Shown: positions 14,385 through 25,621 of the stretch, in pieces
Layout of the letters: each line of letters begins with the position of its first letter
How positions within the stretch are numbered: position 1 is the stretch's first letter
NCBI GenBank assembly: GCA_051362555.1
Contig: CM120644.1
Location: forward strand, 12,794,567 to 12,858,566
Source of the DNA: Lingula anatina
Lineage: Eukaryota; Animalia; Brachiopoda
Length of the DNA stretch: 64,000 nt
Direction: 5' to 3'
Translations under genes and position numbers: made by a program
The notes under the pieces: model-generated
Database searches by the model: none
What the model was told of the DNA's origin: nothing
Seen by the model: the letters and a program-made list of their open reading frames with translations, nothing else

Positions 14385-15795
14385 CTATTCTAATTCCTTT
14401 TCATAAGGGGCGATAATTCTGTCGTCTTTTTTAAAAGGGTTCTCTATTTTATCTCTTCTAACTGATTTTTTCTCGTATGGTGCCACAATTCTTTTTCTGC
14501 TGTTTTGTTTATAAGGTAAATCTTTTTGATAAGGTAAGTCTTTTTCAAGCTGAACATCATTGTTTCCTTTTCTTTTATACACATTCTCTTCAGCTGTTAC
14601 CTTTGGATAGGGGAAATCTTCCTCAGAGGAACGCGCTTTCTCTCTCGAAAGAGTAGATTGTTTTGCACGAGTCACGGGGGCGCTTTCTCGGTAACGTGGT
14701 TCCTGCGGGATGACTTCCGGTTTCACAACATCAATGCGCCTTTCTCTTTGCTCGATGGGTGGTAAAAATTCTTCGAACTCCTTGCGGCGGAGATGTGGGG
14801 CGCAGGTGGTCGAATGTCGGACACATTCTTTACGTCTGTTGTCCCATTCTAACCTTGCAGGGCAGTAGAAGGTGTGCATCACTGCGTGGCCGATATCCCG
14901 ACCCTGATAACTGCAGCCGTAAAACTTTTGGCAGCTGTTAGGGTCCCCAGTAAATCCCGACTCCTGACACTGTATAGCTTGAATATAAAAGGTATATAGT
15001 ATCATGGTTAACATCGTTATTACAATTCCAGGCCTTGTATCGTTTTATCTTTAAAGAACCATGCAACTCTTAAATTGTGCTCTAAATTGCGAAAAAAGAT
15101 TGAAGCTGAATCCAACTTGTTCATTTTGGATTTCGTTGGAGTACATACGTACTTCTTGCGTTTTATATCTACAGTGGATATTGAATATCATCCATGTGGC
15201 CACCAATTAAAAAAAAAGAAAAAATCGATGTTCTCCAAAACGTTCCCCTTAACAATACAATATATTACATCTCTTAACCGGCCTCGATGTTGACAGAATA
15301 ACTGTATTAACAGAAGGTTTTACCATTGAACTGAATCGCCCTGCTGGAACCTCCATCTTGTCTGGGTTCCGAGCGTCCAACAGAAGGTGCCAGTTCTGTT
15401 CGGGAAGAAGACCTCAAGCGTTTTGGATAGGGAAGCTGGTCGACTGTGTGGCCCTGAGCAGCACCCTGGCGAAATCTGTCTCCGTTGCCTGGTCGGACGT
15501 TGTGGTAAGGGTCATACTGACCGGAATGACTTTGTGCCCCAAGTCGTGGTCTTCCCAATGGCTCGGTTGGGTGAAAATACGGTTTGTAACCTAGTAGCAG
15601 ATTCAAAATGCTTCCTTCTATATGTGTGAATATCTCAATGAATCGGCGTCAACTCGATCGCCTTTATGAGTGTCGACATTCCATTTACCCGGTCAACCAA
15701 GATCTACACTGTACTACAGACTAACATTCGCACTAACCTTTAAGCATATTAATCACAACCGCATACAAAATGAAGAACCTCCCCCCCCCCCCCCC

Positions 15796-15832
<37 letters not shown>

Positions 15833-18202
15833 AAAAAACATTTCACACAGGTCGACATTACGAGAGCAGAGGCGTCACTAACCTGGTCCACCCAGATCAG
15901 CCTCGGATTGGCCATTGCAGAAGTGTCCCGTGCAGAAGCACCAGTTCATGATCCTGCCGCCCCATTTCTGCGGCTTACAGCCGTTATAGTCTGCCGTTAG
16001 GGAGGGAATGCTGGACCAGCCGTCAAAACAGTCGCGAGATATAACTACAAATGGTGAATTAAATGGTCAAATAATTAAAAAATGCAAGCAAGAAATGCAG
16101 ATTGATGAATTTTAGTGTATACAAATTACCAGTTTAGATATTAAGCAATTATGCAAAATATATGTGTGTGTTTCTATTTATCAAGTTCCTGTTAATTAAA
16201 CCAATATAATTCCGGTCCCTTTTATGAAATATATGTTGGGAAAGAAAAAGAAGAGTCAAAGTTCAATCGACACGTTTTGTATTTATTTATGTTTGAAGAT
16301 TAGTGGTCTCTGATTTGTCAATATCACAACTGAGGTGTCTTCATATCTAAATGTGTAAAAAATATTAACACTTTATTTTTAAAGTTGGCTTTCTTTAAAA
16401 TATGAACAGCTTTCGTTGATCTGTCTCTATGTGCATTTTGCGGTGCTTGCAACATTTGTTTTCCCACGCGGCTTCATTCATTAAACACATCTGTTTTGAA
16501 GCATCTTGTTAATTTACAGATGGTGCCACGCTAATTTCATATGTGATATCACATAGGAATTTATGACATTTTATTACATGACATAAGAATACACCGCCCA
16601 CAAGATGAATATCTACATTTTTCATCTGGTGAGGCGAACGTCAATCTGAACATAATTGAAAAATATATCCGCCCATTTGAAAATCACACAATTCCCCCCT
16701 TACCTAAGTCACTTTTGAAGTCAAGTTAATTAAGGTTTATCAAGTGTGGCCTAAAAGGATGGTATGCTATTATTGGTATCAAACGGATGTTAATATGTCG
16801 AAATAAAGTAAAATGTGCAGCTATGTTATCTACTGAATCAAGGATAAAATTGGAGATATCATATTGACTTTTGGAATCCTAAGACATAAAATAATGGTGA
16901 CACATAAGAATGATTTTCATTTATACGTGTATAAACGTGTCTATACCTTTACATTTCTTTAGGCTGCACGTGATATAAGAATGTATTATGTAAACGCTTT
17001 GTGTGCGTTAAGTGTAATTTTGTATGGCATGAATATTATTTTCGGTATGTTCATGCGATATTCATATCACATGTTAGATCTCCAGTCAACGACTTAATCT
17101 TGACAAAGCGTTTAAACTTACACAACCAGAGTGGATCCGCGGAATACCAGTTCCGCGAATCAAATATGGCTAACCCACTTGAAAGCTTGTCGCGTAATTC
17201 CGGAGGGGAATCTATTCAGTATTTAATATGCGACAAACTTTCAAGTGTGAAGGCCTTATTTGATCTTCGGACCTGTTAATCCGTGGATGAACTTGTTCTG
17301 AATACATCCTTATAGATGAGGAATTACATCTCGCACGCATTTGTGACAACTGTTAGAGTGAATACTAAATAAAGCCATTACCTCCGTGTTCCTCGACCCT
17401 CAGAAAACACTTGGTGTGGCACTTGGTGATGTGCACCATGCCGTTGGCATTCTGCACCGTTTTGCCGCACATGGCGAACGAACTGGAACACGAGTAGCAA
17501 TGTATATACGCACTGCGGCCTCGCCCTGGACCCTGGCCACGCAGATCTAGGCGGTTCTCGTAACTCGACTGAGGCTGTCCGTGTTGACCATGTTGTGGTC
17601 GTTGGTCGTTTAAACGATACGGGTTGGCATATTTTGTGGCAACGTTGCGTCTGTTGTTGGTATAGCGATCAGGTTCACGTTCAGCACCGGTGTTTTGTAT
17701 TTGGTGGCCATCACGTTCCAATCCACGAAACTCGGTGTCGGTTTCTACGGGGATTCTTTCACCATCTTGTCGGTTGTATCGCTGTGAAGCGTCGTACCTT
17801 TCGCCACTGGGTGTGTAGAACTCAGTTTTTGAGGCAGACTTGGTGTCGGGAAGAGAAGGTTTCTTATTTTCTGTCGCATATATTTCCCCATCGTCGCTTT
17901 TGTCATAATTATCAAAGTTTCCGTGTCCTGGAAAGGCGAGAGAAATGGGAAACACATAAAAGCAGGCAATTGTTTTGTTTTCTTAAGATAAAATATATAA
18001 ACGTTCCCCATCTAGCACTTGTTACCAACTGTGACTAAGTCTAATGTTTTCCCAACATCTGTTAAAGAAAATTCAATATTTCAGCAAAATTTATTAAATC
18101 TTAATAGCCCATAGGTATTATTATGTAAAACTTACCCACATCGCCTGACGCTACTACAGTGCAACAAATCCCAAGCCATAATACAAAGAAATGGAGTTCC
18201 AT
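14385..18202 (-). CDS. Secreted protein with Ly6/uPAR (three-finger, quiver-like) domain and chitin-binding type-2 (ChtBD2/CBM14, peritrophin-A) domain, ~544 aa, 5 exons
   Basis: Exons 18202-18136 (signal peptide MELHFFVLWLGICCTVVASGD), 17927-17382, 16044-15883, 15590-15324, 14977-14385. All junctions are GT-AG, phase 1, and the frame is continuous. Exons 2-3 give CYSC..C..C..C..RDC..C..WCFCTGHFCN (10 Cys, CxCxxxxCN end). Exon 5 gives CQESGFTGDPNSCQKFYGC...FYCPARLEWDNRRKECVRHSTTC (6-Cys ChtBD2 pattern). Confidence 0.85.
15781..15831. repeat. Poly-C followed by poly-A homopolymer tract (intronic)
   Basis: Read directly; it generates the spurious PPPP/KKKK ORFs in the track. Confidence 0.9.
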
Positions 18203-20589
18203 AATGAAACGCTCAGGCAAATTGTTACGCTGTAATACTCCAGTCTTGAAATAAGACTGAAGGACTGACTGTCTGGTCCAAGGATGTTATGTGGTGGTCG
18301 CTCTATATGTCATAGGACAAATGTGCATACGACACGGGCCTAGGTGACACGCCACTAAATGCAAATGAGATTAAATCAATGATTTTCGTCCCATATGTTG
18401 CTTGTCGTTGTAATTATAAAATACGTCAAAGCATCTTAATTAGAAAAACAGAAGTCACAGTGGATTGGGTATGTATTAAAATGAGTTCTATATATGATAA
18501 GCTATTAAATTAAAAAATCAATTTCGGATGTTTACCAAGTTAAAATCTATTTTCGGATAGGTGTTTATTATAGTATTGTCTTTTACGTTGTTTTTCAACG
18601 CGCTGTTTGCATATCAAAAACCGTGAGATATAAAGGGTCAAAGTGACAATTTACACGTCATGTGGTCGATTTTTTTTCACAATATGTTACAAATATCCTC
18701 ATACCTGGTTTTAATAAGGATTTCCGTGGAAACCACATTTGAATGCTACTTGGAGATCTGACCAATGAAAAGTGCATTTGTTTTGCAGTTAAAAGACATT
18801 TAAGCACGGCTGAGAAGAGCCTTTCTAAGTTGTTAAACTGACAGGATAAAATTGGCGGTAGGTGTACCTTTCGAAATTTACACTTTCGTACTCGGGCCAC
18901 ATCAATTACATTTTTGTAACAGTTGAATTTTTGTAAGTTCCAGTCGTGTTACTTGGATTGATAATAATAATTACTTTGTAATCACTTTGAATTTACCATG
19001 ACTTAAGCGAGTTAACGTGCATCAGCTGTTTCAAGGCGTGATAACATAACGATCACCATATTGACATAACGTTTAAAGCGATTAGGTTAATTATCGTAAC
19101 AGTAAAGCGTCTGCAATTATCGGTACATCAAACCAATCTCACATACGGTACAGGTAATTTGAGGTTTTTTTCAATAACAAAATGAGTTGTGTTCTCATAC
19201 ATTATTATTTGGGCGTTTTCGTTTTGTGCAACGTGACGCACGTAGTTAACACCACGTGACCTGAGTCTAATGGAAGTATAACCATCCAAGGTATGTGACT
19301 TCGCTGTACAAACTTGGACGGCAGCTGGTCGTATTTTTAATAACGGAAAGGGTGGGGCTGAAACTTAATGAACTCTTCAGTGTATCGACACATCGCGGTG
19401 CAGTCTGCCAGCCACACGAGCCTCTGATAGCCTTAGCTGCCTTATAATTTTTCAGTTTTTGAGATATTGGAAGTGGCATTGGATATTTTGGTCTAATTTG
19501 GAAGGAGCATAATAAAGGTAGGGCTCTGACGTTTTTACTGAAAACAGTTGTGTATATAATTGTTATCCTTACCCGTGTATATTGGGAGTTAGGTATGTCG
19601 TGCCGAAAGGAAAACATTCAATGAATACTGGCTGCCGTAATAAAAAATAATCATTCGTAAAAGTTGGTGTCTCTTCTTCTCGGTTATCTTATCATATTGG
19701 ATGTCTTACCTGCAGTTCCTTCTTGTATTTCTATTCCATTTATAACAGGATGCACGAGGGTTTTTATCTAATCACAAGCACCTGCGTTTTTGTTTTTGAT
19801 ATAGTTTTAGTCAAAGTGTAACCGCTCTTCTGATATACAGTGGCCTACCGTTTTATAAAGAACATGCTAAAACAACATAATTAGAGCAATTAACAGCCAT
19901 TGGGTCACTTTGTGTTAGCACATAATGGTAATGTTCTTTTAGGGGTTTAAGATGTACACAATTTGAATTTTAAAAAATCCAGTGTGTGCACTCATCTTCA
20001 TGCCTTTCACCATAATCATAGATTGTAGCAACTGGCACACAAATGCACATTAAAAATGAACAGTGGTTTAACTTTTTCTTTGAAAGTAGATTAATTAATA
20101 TTAATATATTTTCATTACAATATATAATTCTATTGTTAATTTTTTATCATAAGTTATTATGTGAAAGATATGCCAAAGACTAGTTGTACAAGTATTTAGA
20201 CCTTTTATATCTTCAGATGGTGTGAATACAACTTGACGTTTACTGCTTCTATTTATATCAATCGGGGGGCAATTAATAACAATTATGAATGCAAAGTATA
20301 AATACTCTGCCATCAAGAAAAATATTATAACGACGTATTATATTGATACTTTTGTGAGTTAGTGTTTTTCATTTCTTGATCAGTTGTTTCGGTAACTTGA
20401 ATTTATAATTATTCTTCTTTCAAAATTCATTTTTTCATTTTGTATTAATATGTCGTTTTTTTTTCAATTTCCTGTTGATGCAGACTTTTTTCAATAACTG
20501 AATACCTATCCTGTATTTTTGAGGATGAAATATAGATCCGTTTCCGTTTTAAAAAGTATCACTTAAGGCACAGAAAAAGATATTTCCTT

Positions 20590-20624
<35 letters not shown>

Positions 20625-20641
20625 TTTTTTTCTTTTTCCAG
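18203..20641. promoter_or_regulatory. Divergent intergenic/promoter region shared by the Ly6-ChtBD2 gene and chitin synthase
   Basis: Head-to-head ATGs at 18202(-) and 20677(+). TATA-like element near 18303-18308 on minus. E-box CACGTGAC at ~19253-19260. Candidate 5'UTR donor AAAG|GTAGGG at ~19517 and acceptor TTTCCAG ending at 20641. Confidence 0.45.
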
Positions 20642-20676
20642 CATGGTGAGGTAAAAGCCCGTCCTTCAACGCCGCC

Positions 20677-22477
20677 ATGTCGTCGGTTATGGGCTCGATT
20701 CGTCACCGCGTTCAGCGGTTGGCAGACAGGTACGGAGCCCAGAGCGGCAACGAATCGGAACCGGAAGAACCTCATCTCAGCGATGGTCAGCAACTGTAAG
20801 TACTTCAGTAATGTCAGGTGAAGTGACATATATCGGTATTTTTTGGTTTTGTTAAAGAAATTATTTTTTAAATTTATTTTTCTGTTGATAAGAGTGACAG
20901 GAACTATTGCTCTACTCATTTTAATGCGACACCTTAAAACACACTGAAATTATTCCTTAGTGTATTTCTTCTGGTTGTGATTCATTGTCTTTCAAAATGA
21001 TAAAAACTTGTCCAAAAGGATTGTTTATGTGTAATCTTATGTAGTCGCTGTTCAAAAAAGAGCACTAATCATTTCCAAGCGTTTTCATCATAAAACATTT
21101 CTTCATAGGTTCATTTTTCTTATTTCTAGGACGATGTCTAATGAAGCCTGGGACGTCTTCCAGACAGTATCACGTGACAGCGGCCATGTTGCCGGGGGTT
21201 GTTTCCAGACACCTCTGAAGATTATAAAGATTTGCGCGTACATGTTTTTCTTTACTGTAGCTGTGGCTTCTTTGTTCACCAGCAAAGTAACACTGCTAAT
21301 GATGACAACCGGAGCAGGGGATACATTAAAGGTATATTTATAAACTGAGAAAAAATTGACACATCTAGTTCAGCAGTACATATCTTCACTTTATGACGCC
21401 ACAAGGCGTTTGTAACTGCGCTAAATGATGTCATCAAACTAAATTAGATTACGATTTACATGGCACCGCCCTGTTCACAATGTAGATTCCGGCCTTTATC
21501 GGTTGAGGTGCAGCTGTTTAACATAAAGCGGTTTACAGCAAGATACAAGTCTATTCATCCATACAAAAAGCTTGGTGTGTCTGGAATGGATGAGACAAAT
21601 TGTTCAAAGAGGAGAGGACCATAATGCATGCGGTTGTACTTCAGATACCTGAACAGTCGGTTTATTTCTATAGTAGTTTGAATTAGGCCTAATTAAGTAA
21701 GTCGGAGTTTAACTTCTTAAAGGGCGTTTTACATACTCACAAATCTGCACTATCCAAAAGAATGGAATACGTAAAACATTCCACGTCTCATGCAAAAGAT
21801 AAAGCAGTCTCTTTAAATTAATTTGCTAATTGCCATCGTAACTACTGTCTAGTTTGCGTGATCACAGTGCTTGTTGTGTAGCCTTTATCAATCTCAAAGG
21901 AGCCTTCCTACCTAGCGATTTGAAATTCCAGGAATGCGTCTGCTAGTAAAATGTCACATATGGTGTCGAGGAGTGGTCTCACCTGACATGACCCAATGGC
22001 ATAACTGCTGTCATAAACACGAGCAACAGATGCTTATGTGAATTTTACCCTTTACTTGCGAATCAATTTAGTGAATAAATCCCGGCAGCTAAAAGTGTTT
22101 TGTTTTAGCTAAGATGCACAGGAGTATATCATAGATAGTTAACTTTTCAGTATCCCAAGCATTTTCATTTAATTTTCACTTATCTATTTATTTATTTATA
22201 TATTACCAATAATTACCTCCAACAGACAGTATTTCATTTAACCTAAGATGTATACATAACAAACGGACGGTTTTTTATATTTCAAACATTCTCACTTGAT
22301 ATTTATTTATCTATCTATTAATTTTTCCTCGGTTGTGAAGATACCTGAGGCAAACGGATTTTTTCAATGGTTGATCGAGGTGAGGGTACTGCTGACACGA
22401 GCCCTCTTCCCTCCCTTAAGCTACAATGATAACCCCTTCGTCCCTTACTTCTTCCCCACTCAACTACACACACACAC

Positions 22478-22520
<43 letters not shown>

Positions 22521-25500
22521 ACCCACTATTCACTCTGAATTGGACCATTTGCTCTACCGGTATACACTGTATGACTCTGTTTTCCATTTTAGAGTAAATA
22601 CGAACGCGATCTGATTGTAGTTATGCTGGTGATCGCAGTCAGTATGCCAAACGTCTTCGTCTTTGTGGAGAGCCTTTTGAAATCCATGTTCGGTAATACC
22701 AGCTGGCCTTCTTTCGGGTCTATATTTGCAGTAAGTAACTCCTTTTCTAAGGATTGGAGGCTAACTGTATAAAGTTTGATCATACCGGACACCATTAATG
22801 TTATTTCAGAGTAAATTTACAAAAGTTATTCCATCTTGAAAGAATTTATTAAGGAAGTCGTAAACTTTAACTTGAATTCTTATTTAATTCACTTTGTATT
22901 GTTTTTCTTTTCAGATTATACTTACTGAAAGTTGCCACACATTCGGATTGTGTATATTTGTTTTCCGTGTGCTTCCAAAATTTGATATAATCCGGGCACT
23001 TTTACTTATGAATGCCTCGTGCTTCATCCCGGCACTCTTCAAACTTTTGTTTTCAAAAGTCGGGCGCGGACCAATTACGATAGTGTTTGACATTCTGGCC
23101 ACTGTTATGCAAGCCTCCATGTTTTTCCTGGTCACGAGGTTCCTGACACGTGACAAGACAGCCCTGCAGGGGGTTTCAGAAGTCGCACAGGTTCCCGCTG
23201 CCCTCGTTCTGATATCAATCAGATATTGGGAAAACTATATCGACAGAGACATATTCAACATCCCTGTCCAGGCTTTTAAGCAATCGATTCGCCGTGGTCG
23301 ATGTAAGTCATACATCATTGCGAGTCTGTGGAAGATCGGCCTGACGTTTGCATTTGCCTACATACTGATTCCGCATATGACGCCATTCGCTGACATTGTC
23401 CATAACATAAAGAACGAAACACTTTATCTTAATAAAACAATCGCTACTGAAGATGGCGGCGTGCTTTCCGCTGTTCCACCTGGTGACACGTATAATTACG
23501 ATAACTATAATAACCTGCCAGCGACAGTTCCCGCTGCCCCCTCCAAAACCACCCCACGGACAAAAGCCTTGTCACCGGCACCAACGAGCTTTGTCACGAA
23601 CCCAGTGGATACCGACATCTATGGAAATAATATTGTCTCAAACACGGGATCCCCAGACTTATACTCGGACTATGATTTCGCCCCATTTGGTGGAAGGAGA
23701 AAACGGCAAGCAAACGGGACAGGTGAACCTACGAAGGATGTTGGCGGAGGGCAAGCGGGAGGGGACACAGCCCCACCCGCCAGCAGTGACGACACAAACT
23801 TCAACAACTACGATTATTATAACTACGACGAATACTACAATACCAAAGCGTCAGCGGCACCAGCGGAAATTGATGAGACGTTTCTCCGCTTCTTGCCACT
23901 GATTGTCCACGCGTTTTCTGGAGGCATTTGTTGGTATTTTGCAAGGTTATCCTGTAAGCTTTGTATGCAGCAATTTGGTTTTACATTCCCGCTGTCGTTA
24001 TCGACGCCAGCGACCATGGGGATCTTTCTGTATTTGTGCTATGCCCAAGGATGGGGGAGGGTCTTACTGCCTGACCTAGATATTGGCTACTGGAAATGTA
24101 CTGAAAGTTGGCACTCATCAACGTTCCCGTGGCAAATTGCTTGTGGATTGGGTCTGTGGTGGCTTTCACAACTTTGGGTTGCTTCTCACACGTGGTTTCC
24201 ACGAAGTGAGAGGTTGGCAAAAGTAGAAAGGTAGGAAAAACATGTATTCGAACGCGTTCTAGTGATCGTGTCGTCATTATTTTATCTACTTTGAAATATC
24301 TGAAAAAGAGGCGCTTAGATTCAAAAGTTACATTCACTTATATGCTATTTTCTGCTTAAAGTATTTCAGTTTAAACAAATTATCCATTCCGTCTTATTTT
24401 TTCCATAAAACATTACTACCTCACCCTTCAACTTTTCAGACTATTTGTCCTTCCTCAGTACTGCGGTATATTCTTAGAACAGTCTTTACTGCTAAACAGA
24501 CGAAGGAACGACGAGGATGAGTTTGTGAAAGCAAATCGCCCGACAAAACTGAACATTGAACCCACGGCAGACGACAGTGCCTCCCAGGTGGACTCGGTGT
24601 CAGACGACCGCGGCTTCACGGCACGTGACCGCGTAAATTCCCGGATATACGTCTGCGCAACAATGTGGCACGAGACATCGAACGAAATGGTACAGATGTT
24701 GAAGTCTATCATGAGGTAAAAAGGTTTAAAGTGGACGTTTATAAAGACGATAGACAACCATAATTCTTTGGAAACTGTCATTAAAAACTAAACATCTTTC
24801 TTACTTGCCTTTCTTTTGTGTCCGACTGTCCTTACGGTTTAGAAGCAGGGTTTAGAAGCAGATCGTTTTGCAATGTTTTACAGAATGTGAAGTAACAAGT
24901 CAGTGTAATATACTACTGTCGCTGTCTTTTTAGAATGGACGTTGACCAGAGTGCGAGGAGTAATGCTCAGGAATACTTCGGCATTACGGATCCCGACTTT
25001 TATGAGTTTGAAGGTAGCTCTTTTTCAAATTTTGTCCATTATATCAGCGTTCGGAAATAAATGTAGCACTTATTTTGTGCAAAATATGAAAAGAAGGTGC
25101 TAAATCGCCCAATGTGGGGCTCGAACCCACGACCCTGGGATTAAGAGTCCCATGCTCTACCGACTGAGCTAACCGGGCACTTGCTCTACCTTCTCTCTCA
25201 AAATTGAGCCCGCCGCCATGCCATAGTTGTCAGCAAACTTGAATGGTTCAGGCATTTATTTTGCAAATTATTTTCAATATTACGATTGCTCGTTTAGGAT
25301 AGTGCTTCTATTAGATTTGGCTAATTTATAATGAACGGATTCATACGGTACATATAAATAAGTTATAACAGTTGTATACTATCCCCAGCCATTGTCGGAA
25401 TTTTCTATCAATTTGCTGCTTCTCTTCGAGTTAATTTGCAATCATTTTTTTCGTTGCGTTTTATGATACTTCTGATGCCTTTTTTATCTTGCCTTTAAGA

Positions 25501-25569
25501 CAGTAAATTAATAAATGTATTTCATATATATTATGCACATCACCATTTTCCTCATTGTCATCATCATCG

Positions 25570-25621
<52 letters not shown>

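Noticed and set aside
15670-16000. ORFs with poly-Pro/poly-Lys or poly-Phe
   Set aside because: They are translations of the C/A homopolymer in an intron; the real exon is 16044-15883 on the minus strand.
22296-22614. ORFs with ERERER or SLSLSL runs
   Set aside because: (GA)n microsatellite in CHS intron 2.
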